Counted from the first letter of the stretch, positions 18,915 to 29,397 are shown. The stretch is 64,000 bases of DNA from Pigmentiphaga sp. (GCA_041678365.1 JBAYOI010000001.1:6153-70152); one strand, 5' to 3'. Notes: generated from the letters alone by a model not told the origin. Made by a program: numbers and translations.

Positions 18915-19709
18915 ATGCAGCAAAGCAAACCGGGCGTGCTCGGCATTCCCTCCATGCAGGACCGGTGCTCGGCCCGGGAATGGGAGGCGCGCGTCAACCT
19001 GGCCGCCTGTTATCGGCTGGTCCATCTCTACGGCATGTCCGACATGATGGCCAACCATATTTCCTCGCGGGTGCCGGACGAAGAAGGCGCTTTCCTGATC
19101 AATGCCTACGGCATGATGTACGAAGAGATCACCGCGTCCAGCCTGATCAAGGTCAATCTTGCGGGGGACATCCTCTCCAAGCCGGATTTCGGTGCACTGA
19201 ATTACGGCATCAACCGCGCGGGCTACGTCATCCACAGCGCCATCCATGAAGCCCGGCCCGAGGTGGATTGCGTCATCCATACCCATAGCTGGGCATCCAT
19301 GGCCGTCTCGGCGCTGGCCTGCGGCCTGCTGCCGATCACGCAGACCGCCATGCGCTTCCTGAAAATCGGCTATCACGACTATGAAGGCGTGGTGCTGGGC
19401 CTGGAAGAAAAGGCCTCGCTGGTCAATGACCTTGGGCAGGGAGAAGCGCTGATTCTGCGCAACCATGGCGCCTTGACCGTCGGCCGCACGGTTGGAGAGG
19501 CATTCAACTGGATGCACCGGCTCGAACTGGCCTGCCGCACGCAGCTGGCGGCCCAAGCCACGCAGCAGCCCCTGCAAGGCGTGGCGCCCGACGTGCTCGA
19601 AGAAACCTGGAACAATTATCAACCGTCCACACGACGGCCTTATGGCCAAATGGAGTGGCCCGCCTTATTGAGGAAGCTGGATCGCCTCGACAGCAGTTAT
19701 CGCAACTAA
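18915..19709 (+). CDS. Class II aldolase/adducin family protein
   Basis: NHIS, IHSAIH, IHTH and LRNHG metal-binding motifs. AGGAGG RBS. Confidence 0.9.
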   Translation: MQQSKPGVLGIPSMQDRCSAREWEARVNLAACYRLVHLYGMSDMMANHISSRVPDEEGAFLINAYGMMYEEITASSLIKVNLAGDILSKPDFGALNYGINRAGYVIHSAIHEARPEVDCVIHTHSWASMAVSALACGLLPITQTAMRFLKIGYHDYEGVVLGLEEKASLVNDLGQGEALILRNHGALTVGRTVGEAFNWMHRLELACRTQLAAQATQQPLQGVAPDVLEETWNNYQPSTRRPYGQMEWPALLRKLDRLDSSYRN

Positions 19710-19749
19710 AACCAAACCACATCGCGACAACACATTACGGAGACAACCC

Positions 19750-20724
19750 ATGCACACCCGCCATCCCCGCTGTCTGGCCGCCTTGAGCGGTCTCACCCTG
19801 GCCACCGCCGCCGCCCTGGCCCACGCCTATCCCACCAAGCCGATCACCCTGGTGGTGCCGTTCGCCCCCGGCGGCAATATCGATCTCACCGCCCGCGCGC
19901 TGGCCGAACCGTTGGGCAAAGCGCTTGGCCAGCCGGTGGTGGTGGAGAACAAGCCCGGCGCGGGCAGCATGCTCGGCGCCTCGCACGTGGCCCGCGCCGC
20001 GCCGGACGGCTATACGCTGCTGCTTGGGCACAGCGGCACGCACGGCACCGTGCCCGCCACGTATAAAAACGTCACCTACAACTACAAGGATGACTTCGTT
20101 GCCCTGGGCGGCGTCACCTACACACCTTCCGTGCTCGCCCTCGGGCCCAGCCAACCCCGTGTGGACATGAAAACCTTGATCCAGACATCGGAAAAGCTGC
20201 CGCAGGGCATCTCGCTGGCCTCGGCGGGCGTGGGCTCCTTCAATCACTTGACCATCGAACTGCTGAAATACGAACTGAAGCTGAAGGCACTGCATGTGCC
20301 GTATCGCGGTTCGGCCCCCGCCATCGCGGACGTGCTCGGCGGACAGGTCCAGGGACTGGCCGATCAATTGAGCACGTCGCTCCCCTATATCCGTGAAGGC
20401 AAGTTCCACGCGGTCGTTCAAATGGGCGCACAACGCTCCAAGCAACTGCCCGACGTACCCACGCTGGCCGAACAGGGCTTTCCCAATATTGAAGCGGGCG
20501 TCTACACCGGGGTATTTGCACCGTCAAAGACCCCGCCCGACGTGGTGGAAAAACTCCGCCAGGCCATGCGGCAAGTCCTCAAGGACCCGGCCCTGATCAA
20601 ACGCTACGAGAACATGGGCGCGGACATGCTTGGCATGGATGTCGAAGCGTTTTCCGCTTACGTGGATCGTGAAGCCACGAAATGGATCGAGCTGGCCAAG
20701 CGGCTCAATATTCAACTGGATTAA
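19750..20724 (+). CDS. Bug/TctC substrate-binding protein
   Basis: Signal peptide ending AHA; [17 protein letters not shown] and HVPYRG motifs. Confidence 0.92.
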   Translation: MHTRHPRCLAALSGLTLATAAALAHAYPTKPITLVVPFAPGGNIDLTARALAEPLGKALGQPVVVENKPGAGSMLGASHVARAAPDGYTLLLGHSGTHGTVPATYKNVTYNYKDDFVALGGVTYTPSVLALGPSQPRVDMKTLIQTSEKLPQGISLASAGVGSFNHLTIELLKYELKLKALHVPYRGSAPAIADVLGGQVQGLADQLSTSLPYIREGKFHAVVQMGAQRSKQLPDVPTLAEQGFPNIEAGVYTGVFAPSKTPPDVVEKLRQAMRQVLKDPALIKRYENMGADMLGMDVEAFSAYVDREATKWIELAKRLNIQLD

Positions 20725-20726
20725 GC

Positions 20727-21596
20727 GTGGCAGCTCCGATTCCGCACACCACCCTGGCCAGCCCGCCCGGCCAGGCAACACCGCCCGGCGCCTGGGATTG
20801 CCACATCCATATCAACGATCCCGCCTATCCCTATGTGCCGGGCGCCAGCCTGACCCCGCCGCCCGCCCTGCTGAGCGACTACCAGCGCCTACAGCGGGCG
20901 CTGGGCCTGCAACACGTTGTCATCGTCCAGCCGTCGAGCTACGGCGTTGACAATACCTGTACGCTGGACAGCACGATGGCAATGGCGCCGCACGCCCGCG
21001 CCATCGTCTGCGTCAGCCCGGATACGCCGCTGGACACGCTGGCCGCCATGCATGCCAAAGGCGCGCGCGGCGTGCGGCTCAATTTCACGCGTCCACCCAC
21101 CACGCCGCTGGAAGACATTGTGCCACTGGCCAAAAAAATGGCGGACCTGGGCTGGCATCTGCAAGTACACGGCCGGATCGATCAGCTACTGCCGCTGTTC
21201 CCGGTCTTCCGGCTGCTGCCCTGCCCCTTGGTCTTCGACCACCTGGGCCGCCTTCCCGTGGCGCCGCCCCATCCGGGTTTCGACGAGATCAAACGATTGA
21301 TTGACACAGGCAATACCTGGATCAAGCTCTCCTGCGCCTATTACACGCCGCCCCAGCCCGCCCGTCTTCCCTCCCGGCCCGCGTATCCGGTGGCATCCGC
21401 CTTGATGAAAGCCTATCTGGACCTGGCGCCTGACCGCATGGTCTGGGGCAGCAACTGGCCGCATCCGGCCAGCAGCCATGGCGAACTGGCCTTGCCGGAC
21501 GATGCCCACCTGCTGGACCTGCTCGCAGCGGCCTGCGGCAACGCGCACACCTACCAGCAAGTGCTGTGCGACAATCCCCAGCGTTTGTACGCCTGA
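20727..21596 (+). CDS. Amidohydrolase_2 family lactonase (LigI / aldarolactone isomerase-like)
   Basis: WDCHIH, VQPSSYG, RGVRLN, FDHLG, WGSNWPH and DNPQRLY motifs. GTG start uncertain. Confidence 0.85.
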   Translation: MAAPIPHTTLASPPGQATPPGAWDCHIHINDPAYPYVPGASLTPPPALLSDYQRLQRALGLQHVVIVQPSSYGVDNTCTLDSTMAMAPHARAIVCVSPDTPLDTLAAMHAKGARGVRLNFTRPPTTPLEDIVPLAKKMADLGWHLQVHGRIDQLLPLFPVFRLLPCPLVFDHLGRLPVAPPHPGFDEIKRLIDTGNTWIKLSCAYYTPPQPARLPSRPAYPVASALMKAYLDLAPDRMVWGSNWPHPASSHGELALPDDAHLLDLLAAACGNAHTYQQVLCDNPQRLYA

Positions 21597-21608
21597 GGCC
21601 CGGGGCCA

Positions 21609-22541
21609 TCAGGCCTTGCGCGTCCGCTGAGGTCCGCACACCTCCCTCAGCTTGCGGACGAAGCGCTCGGACAAGGCCGCATTGACCGGCACCTTGGGTA
21701 AATACAAGAAAGTCGTCATCGACACCCGGGGCAGAAAATCTATCTTCACCAGATTGGCAAAAGCGCCGCCCGCCAGCGCCTCCGGATGGATCAAGCCCAC
21801 GCCTGCGCCGATATTGACCAGGTAACAAGCGGAAATGCTGTTGTTGACCTGGATGGCAATGTCCAGTTTTTCTCCGCTTTCCTTGAAGGCCGCGCTGACC
21901 AGGGCAACAGTCGGAGACTTCTCATACAACGTGATCAACGGCGTGCCCGCCAAGTCCTGCGGGCGCAGCACCCGGCGCCGGGCCAACGGGTGCTGCGCCG
22001 GGACCACCGCGACCAGCGGCGCTTCCTGAATGGGCGTGATGGCGCACAACGACAACAGATTGGCGTCGGTGTTGTGCGGCGGCGGCGTGGCCACCGCCAC
22101 ATCAATCTGGTGGGTGGCGACCAGATGCAGGAGCTTTTGCGTCGGGTGGGTGATCATCTCCACCTCCAGCCCGGGCAATGCCTCCCGGCAACGCCGGATG
22201 GCTTCCGGCACCCAATACGGCAGCGCACCGCCGCCAACGCCCACCTTCAGCCGGGGCGGCTTCTCCGTGGCAAGCTGAAGCAGATCACGCCGGGCCACTT
22301 CCATCGCATTGAGCGCGGATTGCGCCGACGGCAGGAACGCCAGGGCCTCGGCAGTTGCCTGCAAGCGCCCGCCGACCCGGACAAAAAGCGGCGCTTGCGC
22401 CTGCCGCTCCAGCACCCCGATCGCTTTGCTGATGGCGGGAATCGAGCAGTTCAGTTTCTCGGCGGCTTCCTTCAGGCCTGTGCTCGTCATCAGGGCCTGG
22501 AAAGCCTCCAGATGCCGGGCGGTCATCAGCTCAGCGTCCAT
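21609..22541 (-). CDS. LysR family regulator, divergent from the FAD monooxygenase
   Basis: RHLEAF...AAEKLNCSIPAISKAI HTH, LFVR, substrate-binding domain. Confidence 0.88.
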   Translation of the reverse strand: MDAELMTARHLEAFQALMTSTGLKEAAEKLNCSIPAISKAIGVLERQAQAPLFVRVGGRLQATAEALAFLPSAQSALNAMEVARRDLLQLATEKPPRLKVGVGGGALPYWVPEAIRRCREALPGLEVEMITHPTQKLLHLVATHQIDVAVATPPPHNTDANLLSLCAITPIQEAPLVAVVPAQHPLARRRVLRPQDLAGTPLITLYEKSPTVALVSAAFKESGEKLDIAIQVNNSISACYLVNIGAGVGLIHPEALAGGAFANLVKIDFLPRVSMTTFLYLPKVPVNAALSERFVRKLREVCGPQRTRKA

Positions 22542-22560
22542 AGGTAGCGTCCTCGAACAA

Positions 22561-22577
22561 TTTAACCTCAGGTTAAA
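22561..22577. promoter_or_regulatory. Palindromic operator, probably for the adjacent LysR
   Basis: TTTAACC-TCA-GGTTAAA: perfect 7-bp arms containing T-N11-A, in the divergent intergenic region. Confidence 0.6.
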
Positions 22578-22657
22578 CAATTATTTCTTGATCAGCCACC
22601 CAGGAATGCGATGATCTCGGAGAGCGTCCATCCCCCCGTTTTTCAAGGAGTGTTTTC

Positions 22658-23821
22658 ATGTCTGGAGTCAAGCGCGTTCTCATCGTTGGCGCCGGGATTG
22701 CCGGCAGCAGCGCCGCCATTGCCCTGCGCCGACAGGGCATCGACGTCAAGGTGGTTGAGAAAGCGGATCGCTGGGCCTTTGCCAGTTCCGGCATTTTTGT
22801 TTATGGCAATGGGTTGGCGTCCTTCGAGACGCTGGGTGTGCTGCCCGAGATGATCGAGAGCGGCTTTCCCATTGAAGACGACGAAAACCTCTACTACACC
22901 CACACCGGCGAACCGCTGCTGACCGTCCGCTACCCGCGTCCCGCGCCGGACATTCCCGCCATTCTCGGAATCAAGCGGGCCGAGATGCATCGGGTCCTGA
23001 AAAGCCATCTGGATGCCTTGGGCGTCCCCGTCCAGCTGGCCACCTCGGTCGAACAGATTATTGACGATCCCGCCAGCCCCGCCGTCCAGGTCCGCCTCAC
23101 CGACGGCACCGTGGAAACAGCCGACCTGGTCATCGGCGCCGACGGCGTGCGCTCCCAGGTCAGGACCCTGATCCAGGGCGAGGTGGCGCCGCAGTACTCC
23201 GGCTTTGGCGTGTGGCGCAGCGTGCATGCCCGCCCCGCCTGGCTGACGAAGAAAATCATGCAGATGGGCATCGGCAAGCGCCTGGGCATTCTGCCGATCA
23301 GCAATGACAAACTCTATGTCTTCGGCACTGTGCCTGCGCCGGACAAGCCCTGGCACGACAAAGCGCGGTGGCCCGCGCTGATGCGCGAGACCTTTGCCGA
23401 GTTCGAGGGGCCGGTCCGGCATTTCCTGGATGAACTCAACGATGCGTCCGAAGTGCTCTACACCGCGGTGGAAGAAGTGATCCTGCCACTGCCGTGGCAC
23501 CGGGGCCGGACGGTTCTGATTGGCGACGCCGCGCATGCGGCCACGCCGTTCATGGGACAAGGCGGCGCGATGGCCGTGCTGGATGCGGTTGAGCTGGCGC
23601 GGCGTCTGGCCGGGACAGCACCCCTGGCACAGATCCTGAGCCAGTTTGGCCAGTCCCGCTTCCAGATGTGTCAATTCGTTCAGGACGCATCACGTGCCGT
23701 GGGTCAGGCGGGCGCCAATGAAGACGAAGCCGCCTGCCTGTTGCGCAACGAAGCCATGAAGCAGGACGCCCAGCACAAGGTTGACGCCTTCTATGCCAAG
23801 CTTGCCGCGTTGGCTGTCTGA
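22658..23821 (+). CDS. Group A FAD-dependent monooxygenase (aromatic hydroxylase-like)
   Basis: GAGIAG, GADGVRS and GDAAHAATPFMGQG motifs. Confidence 0.9.
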   Translation: MSGVKRVLIVGAGIAGSSAAIALRRQGIDVKVVEKADRWAFASSGIFVYGNGLASFETLGVLPEMIESGFPIEDDENLYYTHTGEPLLTVRYPRPAPDIPAILGIKRAEMHRVLKSHLDALGVPVQLATSVEQIIDDPASPAVQVRLTDGTVETADLVIGADGVRSQVRTLIQGEVAPQYSGFGVWRSVHARPAWLTKKIMQMGIGKRLGILPISNDKLYVFGTVPAPDKPWHDKARWPALMRETFAEFEGPVRHFLDELNDASEVLYTAVEEVILPLPWHRGRTVLIGDAAHAATPFMGQGGAMAVLDAVELARRLAGTAPLAQILSQFGQSRFQMCQFVQDASRAVGQAGANEDEAACLLRNEAMKQDAQHKVDAFYAKLAALAV

Positions 23822-23947
23822 TCCGGGCGCCCAATGAATACTGGCCAAGCGTTGTGCCACCGCTTGGCCAGTTCAGCGCGTCAAGGGGCTCGGAATAAGC
23901 CGGGCGAAAAGCGTGCGCTTGTTCAGAGTGCCCTTAACCTTCCCGGT

Positions 23948-24082
23948 TCATCGGACCGGATTGCTTTGCTCCTTTTTTTTCTTGTTGCGTTCAGCGATGA
24001 GCATCGGCACTTTGATCATCACATACATAAAGCCCAATGTGCCGCCGATCACTGCGGCGAAAACCAATAAAGTCATCAACAT
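23948..24082 (-). CDS. Small single-pass membrane protein, 44 aa (not in the ORF track)
   Basis: AGGAGG-7nt-ATG. Translation MLMTLLVFAAVIGGTLGFMYVMIKVPMLIAERNKKKKEQSNPVR: hydrophobic helix then basic tail. Confidence 0.65.
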   Translation of the reverse strand: MLMTLLVFAAVIGGTLGFMYVMIKVPMLIAERNKKKKEQSNPVR

Positions 24083-24282
24083 GGCGGTTCCTCCTAGCTA
24101 GGACTCCAGTCTAGGAAGGAAAGCCCCCGGGGACGCAGGTCCGGCATTACCGTTTGGCAAGCTCCACCGGCACGGAAACAGCGCTTTCCCATTGGCAAGA
24201 CACCGGATGCGGATCTTACCGAACAGCAAGAAAGGCGCGGCAACAGGCATACTATGGATTCCACTGAAAAAAACGGGTTCCC

Positions 24283-25689
24283 ATGGAATTTGATGTTGAC
24301 CGAGACATTTTGCTGGCCAAATCCCTGGAACAAGCTGACGCGCAAGCGGTGTTGATTCCGCTTGCGCAACGCGAGCAGTTCACACGCGAAGCCAAGGAGC
24401 TCGCCCGGACCCGGGCCGGAACCGGCCTGCCGGAAACCCACTTTCTCGGCCTGCGCGCCCGCCTGTTGCTGAACGCCGTGGAAGCCGAACACCCCTTGGT
24501 GCGCCACTATCGCCGTCCCAACCAGACCCTGGTCTGGCTGCTGTACCTGCTCCCCCTGCTGGGCTTTCTGTTCGGCCTGCTGACAGAGCGGATCAGCAAT
24601 CCTCATCGGATAGACCTGCTGGCTTTCCCGCTATTGGCCGTACTCGCCTGGAACCTCGCCGTCTACGTGGCGCTGGCGGTGTCTCGCTTCGTCCGCCCGC
24701 TCCCCTCGCAGAGCCTGATCCGGCGCGCCTTCCATGGCCTGCGCCTGCCCGGCAGAACGACCGCTGTGCTGCCGGAACCGCTGTTGCGCGGTCTCCAGTC
24801 TTTTTCCCACGACTGGTCCGCCGCGCACGGCAGCCGATGGAAGGGGCGCTGGTCGAGCGCCTTGCACTGGAGCGCGGCGGCCCTCGCGGCAGGCATGATA
24901 GTTTCCTTGTACGGCCGGGGGCTGATCGTGGCCTACCACGTGGGCTGGGAAAGTACCTTCCTGTCCGCCAGCCAGGTAACAACCGTGCTCAATCTGCTGT
25001 TCTGGCCGGTCTCCGCCCTGTCCGGCCTGGCGCCCTTCACCGTGCCCGAGGTCGCCAGCCTGGAATTCGGCGCCACCCCCGTTGCCGCCCAAGGCGCCGC
25101 CTGGGTGCATCGTTATGCGGGTTTGCTGGCTTTGATCGTCGTACTGCCAAGAAGTATCCTGGGCCTGCTGAGCTGGGTCCTGAACCGCCGCAGCGCGTCC
25201 CGCCCGGACTATCAGTCGCCCTATTTCCAGCGCCTCCTTGGCGAACTGTCCGACCGCGTGCTGGATGTGCGGCTGCTGCCCTACAGCCTGGCGCTCGACC
25301 GGGACCAGCTTCCCGCCATCCAGGCCGCTTTGCGTACGCAGTTGAGCGCGTCGGCGACGTTTTCTTTCGTCGCCGCCACACCCTATGGCGGAGCGCCGCC
25401 GCTTTCCTTGCTGACCCAGGCCGAACAGGCGCTGCTGGTGGTCGTGTTCGCCGCCGCCTCCACGCCCGAACCGGAAACCCAGGGCGCCTTCCTGCAGGAA
25501 CTGCTGGCCCACTTTCCGAACCGTGTCCTGGTGCTGCTGGATCAGCACCGGCTGGAACAGAAATGGGCCGCGTTTCCCGACGGCGCGCAGCGTCTGCAAC
25601 AACGTCAGACCCTGTGGCGGCAATTTTTGGCACACTATGGTGTCAACGGCCACTTTGCATCGCTCTCTTCCAACGAGACCTCTTCATGA
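24283..25689 (+). CDS. Multi-pass membrane protein, DUF2868-like
   Basis: About four hydrophobic helices, GWESTFL and LIVVLPR motifs. ATGA overlap with the downstream GTPase. Confidence 0.75.
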   Translation: MEFDVDRDILLAKSLEQADAQAVLIPLAQREQFTREAKELARTRAGTGLPETHFLGLRARLLLNAVEAEHPLVRHYRRPNQTLVWLLYLLPLLGFLFGLLTERISNPHRIDLLAFPLLAVLAWNLAVYVALAVSRFVRPLPSQSLIRRAFHGLRLPGRTTAVLPEPLLRGLQSFSHDWSAAHGSRWKGRWSSALHWSAAALAAGMIVSLYGRGLIVAYHVGWESTFLSASQVTTVLNLLFWPVSALSGLAPFTVPEVASLEFGATPVAAQGAAWVHRYAGLLALIVVLPRSILGLLSWVLNRRSASRPDYQSPYFQRLLGELSDRVLDVRLLPYSLALDRDQLPAIQAALRTQLSASATFSFVAATPYGGAPPLSLLTQAEQALLVVVFAAASTPEPETQGAFLQELLAHFPNRVLVLLDQHRLEQKWAAFPDGAQRLQQRQTLWRQFLAHYGVNGHFASLSSNETSS

Positions 25690-27203
25690 GCACCACCATC
25701 CAGCTTTGCCTGCTTTCCCATACCAACGTCGGCAAGACGACTTTGGCCCGCACGCTGCTGGCCGAAGACATCGGGGAGGTTCAGGACGCCGCCCACATCA
25801 CGGAAACCGCAAGCGGGCACACGCTGATCACCACGGACCAGGGTCACAGCCTCCAGATCTGGGACACCCCCGGTTTTGGCGACTCCGCCAGGCTGGCGGC
25901 CCGCCTTGAACAGTCGGAAAGCGCGCTGGGCTGGTTTCTGACCGAAGTCTGGGATCGCGTCCGGGATCGGCCGTTCTGGCTGAGCCAACGGGCGCTGGTA
26001 GCGGCGCGTGACCATGCCGACATCGTGCTGTATCTCGTCAATGCCGCCGAATCACCGCGGGATATCGGCTACCTTGACGCTGAAATGCGCATCCTGAAGT
26101 GGCTGGGCAAACCGGTGCTGGTCCTGCTGAACCAAATGGGACCGCCCAAGCCCGCCACGCAGGAAATCAATGAAGCCCAACAATGGGCACGGGCGCTGCA
26201 ACCCTATTCGCACGTCCGGGACATCATTCCGCTGGATGCCTTTGCGCGGTGCTGGGTACATGAATCGGTGCTGCTGCACGCCATCGAGCACCATCTTGAC
26301 GCCTCGCTGCAACCCGCGTTCCGCGTCCTGCGTCAGAGCTGGGAAGCGCGCAACCAGCAACGCTTTGAGGCGTCCATGGACGTGCTGGCGTCGTTCCTGC
26401 TCCAGGCCAGCCAGGCCAGCGTCGACCTGGAGAAACCCTCACTGTGGCAAAGCGCCCGGGGCAGCCTGGGCAGCCAGCGCACAGAACTCAGCCCGGAAAA
26501 GGAAGCGGCCGTCCGCGAACTGGAAGCCGCGCTGTCGGACAGCATCCAGCAGGCCTCGCTTGCGCTGTTGAAACTGCATAAACTCGATGGCAAGCTGACG
26601 GTCCAGCTTGATCAGCGGCTGCACGAGAACTTCGCTTTTGATACGCCGATGGACATCCAGAAGGTGGGTTTCCTGGGCGCGATTGCCTCCGGCGCGGTTA
26701 CTGGCGCCACCGCCGACCTGATGAGCGGCGGTCTGACGCTTGGCGGCGGCCTGCTGGTGGGCGCGGTGGTGGGCGGCCTGACCTTTGCGGGCGGCGCAAT
26801 GGGAATGAACAAGCTGTCAGGCAAAGAAAAGCCTACCGCCCAGCTTGATCCGATCTACCTGGAAGCGCTGACGGTATCCGTCGTGCTGCGGTATCTGGCG
26901 GTCGCCCATTTCGGGCGGGGCCGCGGCAATTATGTGGAAGGAGAGTCGCCCGCATTCTGGAAAGAGTATGTGGCGCATGCCATTGAAACCCGTCGCGCCC
27001 CCTTCCTCCTGGCCTGGCAGGCGGCACGCCGCCACGATGGCGACGCCCTGTCCACCCTGCGGCAGTTGTTGCTGGACGCCACCGCCAGCGTGCTGAACAC
27101 GCTGTACCCCAATGCCGTCACGCCCGTGGACGCCTCGCCCAGGCACGACTCCCGAACAGAGCCCGCGCCTGCGGCGGCGCCGCCTTACCACGCCGGGTTA
27201 TAG
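25686..27203 (+). CDS. P-loop GTPase with DUF3482-like C-terminal domain
   Basis: G1 SHTNVGKTT, G3 DTPG, atypical G4 NQMG, Gly-rich hydrophobic hairpin and AHFGRGRG. Real start MSTTIQL at 25686. Confidence 0.8.
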   Translation: MSTTIQLCLLSHTNVGKTTLARTLLAEDIGEVQDAAHITETASGHTLITTDQGHSLQIWDTPGFGDSARLAARLEQSESALGWFLTEVWDRVRDRPFWLSQRALVAARDHADIVLYLVNAAESPRDIGYLDAEMRILKWLGKPVLVLLNQMGPPKPATQEINEAQQWARALQPYSHVRDIIPLDAFARCWVHESVLLHAIEHHLDASLQPAFRVLRQSWEARNQQRFEASMDVLASFLLQASQASVDLEKPSLWQSARGSLGSQRTELSPEKEAAVRELEAALSDSIQQASLALLKLHKLDGKLTVQLDQRLHENFAFDTPMDIQKVGFLGAIASGAVTGATADLMSGGLTLGGGLLVGAVVGGLTFAGGAMGMNKLSGKEKPTAQLDPIYLEALTVSVVLRYLAVAHFGRGRGNYVEGESPAFWKEYVAHAIETRRAPFLLAWQAARRHDGDALSTLRQLLLDATASVLNTLYPNAVTPVDASPRHDSRTEPAPAAAPPYHAGL

Positions 27204-27248
27204 AAGCGCCCCGGGAACGTGCGCGTCGCCCCCTCCCGCAAGGCAGAT

Positions 27249-27563
27249 TCAACGCGCAATATCCACCAGGATCCGCGCCGCTTCGACCTTGACCGGAAAC
27301 ACGCGGATCGGACGTGTCACCGGTTCGCACAACGGTTCGCCGGTGCGAACGTCAAACTGCCCCTGGTGCAGCGGACATTCAATCGCGTGCCCTTCCAGGA
27401 AGCCGTCGCACAAATTGGCCCGGCCGTGATTACACCAGGCCGTGGTCGCGTACAGCTCGCCTTCCACGGCATACAGCGCGATCTCCATGCCATCGGCCTG
27501 AACACCCACAATATCGCCTTCATTGACGGCATCACGCGCCGCCACATCAATCCATTCCGCCAT
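27249..27563 (-). CDS. nagAb: Rieske [2Fe-2S] ferredoxin
   Basis: CNH...CPLHQGQFD motif; follows the oxygenase subunits. Confidence 0.85.
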   Translation of the reverse strand: MAEWIDVAARDAVNEGDIVGVQADGMEIALYAVEGELYATTAWCNHGRANLCDGFLEGHAIECPLHQGQFDVRTGEPLCEPVTRPIRVFPVKVEAARILVDIAR

Positions 27564-27576
27564 GCTTGCCTCAGTC

Positions 27577-28050
27577 TCAAAGGGGGTAAATCAGGGAGTT
27601 CGGAATCATTTCCGTATCAAAGACGCACACCCGGCTGGCAAACTTCAAGCCTGCCGGGGTCCGGACGATCTCGTCCAGATAGCGGCCCACGTTGAACACG
27701 GTGGTTTCGCCAGTCCGTTTGGTCCGGAAAACCGCGTAAGAGGTTTCCGCCCTGATCCGCTCACCGTCATCGGACAGCACGCGCGGCATGCCACAGACGT
27801 GGCGCTGATAGTACGGATCATGAAACAGGGTTTCCTTGATGCCGTACACCCGGTCTTTCAACATGCCCTGGCTGATCAGCATCAAGGTTGCCAGCGGCAG
27901 GCCGCGGTCAAAGTTTTCACGTGGCTGGATTTTGTACTCGCAGTCTTCCAGGAAGAACTCCGGCCACTGGTCCCAATCGCCGCTGTCCAGCACGGCCGCA
28001 TAGGCTTCGTTCAATTGCGAAATTTCTAATACGGTTTGCATCGCCATCAC
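27577..28050 (-). CDS. nagH: Salicylate 5-hydroxylase small subunit
   Basis: [31 protein letters not shown] and MIPNSLIYP. Confidence 0.88.
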   Translation of the reverse strand: MMAMQTVLEISQLNEAYAAVLDSGDWDQWPEFFLEDCEYKIQPRENFDRGLPLATLMLISQGMLKDRVYGIKETLFHDPYYQRHVCGMPRVLSDDGERIRAETSYAVFRTKRTGETTVFNVGRYLDEIVRTPAGLKFASRVCVFDTEMIPNSLIYPL

Positions 28051-29303
28051 TCCCCCATCTTCCGGCGCCAGTAGTCATACATGCCACGAATCAAGGTTTC
28101 CGTAACCATGTGTTCCGTGTCCTCCGCCGTGCGCCCACCCAACTCAGCCACGGCGGCGCCGGCCGGATTCTGGGTGAAACCGCTCTGCGAGAACTCAATG
28201 ACTTCGCCATCGTCAGCCGACACGAAACCGGCCGGACCGAACAAATTGGCCTGCACCAGGCGGCGCTTGGTCATTTCCGGCGTATCGTCCTCAAAACCGA
28301 AATGGGTCCAGACGAAATCGAACTCGCCATTGCCCCGCGGCTGGATGTGGCGGGTTGACACGCTGTTGACCTGCTGTTGAATGATGACGCTGGGGAAGAT
28401 CGTCATCATCACCGCGGTCGGCTCACCCCACCATGGCTCATGCACGATGTCGAGCAAGCGCATGTCGTTCAGGCTCATGCTGGACTTGAACGAGGACACG
28501 CCTTGCGTCACTTCCGTGTTTTCTCCACCCGATCCACGGGTGGAGATCATTGCCGCATGACGGCCGGTGTCATCCATGCGCAGCGCCGATTTGTTATCCG
28601 CGCGCCAAAGGCCATAGGTAATGAACCAGGTATGCAGCAAGCCGGGATGGTAGGGATCCTTGATGTTCTCCTGCATCAGCTTCCAGTTGCCCGGAATCCG
28701 CTGGCGGTTGTAGCCGAGCAGCTTCAACTGGCGGCCATTGAACAGGCGATCGAAATAGGACAGGATTTCCGGTCCCAGGAAGGTTTCAAAGTCCTCCACA
28801 TCAGGATCAAAGGACGCAAACACCACTCCGCCGCGCGTTGCCACCCGCAACTTATTCAGGTTGTGTTCGCCCGGCTTGAAATCCGCGGGCATGCCGCCGT
28901 GTACCTGGCCGTTTTGCCGCACGCCACGACGGAACGGCACGCCTTGCAGATTGCCTTCCAGTGTGTAGTTCCATTGGTGGTACGGACAGGTGAAGCTTTC
29001 CACGTTGCCGCAGCGCTCGCGCACGAACTGCATGCCCCGGTGCGCACAGACGTTCTCAAACACATGGATCTGGCCGTCCTTGCCGCGGCTCATCACCACC
29101 GAACGCTCGCCAATGACGGTCCGTTTGAAATCGCCCTCATTCGGCACTTCGGCTTCCAGCCCCACATAGCACCAATGGTCGCGATAAAAGAAGGTCTCCA
29201 GTTCTTTCTGGTACAGGTCCGCCCGCGTATATGCTTCAAACGGAATGCGGCTGCTGTCTTCACGTGGCCAAGCCAGAGGCTCGGGATGAACGCGCTGTTC
29301 CAT
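28047..29303 (-). CDS. nagG: Salicylate 5-hydroxylase large (Rieske oxygenase) subunit
   Basis: CAH...CPYH Rieske site, [13 protein letters not shown] iron site and [17 protein letters not shown]. Confidence 0.9.
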   Translation of the reverse strand: MEQRVHPEPLAWPREDSSRIPFEAYTRADLYQKELETFFYRDHWCYVGLEAEVPNEGDFKRTVIGERSVVMSRGKDGQIHVFENVCAHRGMQFVRERCGNVESFTCPYHQWNYTLEGNLQGVPFRRGVRQNGQVHGGMPADFKPGEHNLNKLRVATRGGVVFASFDPDVEDFETFLGPEILSYFDRLFNGRQLKLLGYNRQRIPGNWKLMQENIKDPYHPGLLHTWFITYGLWRADNKSALRMDDTGRHAAMISTRGSGGENTEVTQGVSSFKSSMSLNDMRLLDIVHEPWWGEPTAVMMTIFPSVIIQQQVNSVSTRHIQPRGNGEFDFVWTHFGFEDDTPEMTKRRLVQANLFGPAGFVSADDGEVIEFSQSGFTQNPAGAAVAELGGRTAEDTEHMVTETLIRGMYDYWRRKMGE

Positions 29304-29397
29304 GGTTTGTCTCCTGATCGTGATTGGCTCAGTATAGGCAGCCCACCCTCATACGCATATAGAATAGACTGAATAGATATTATTCTTAGGGCGAATA

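Noticed and set aside
24837-25685. N-terminal extension making the GTPase 788 aa
   Set aside because: It overlaps the upstream membrane-protein gene in another frame; the G1 motif begins right after the ATG at 25686.
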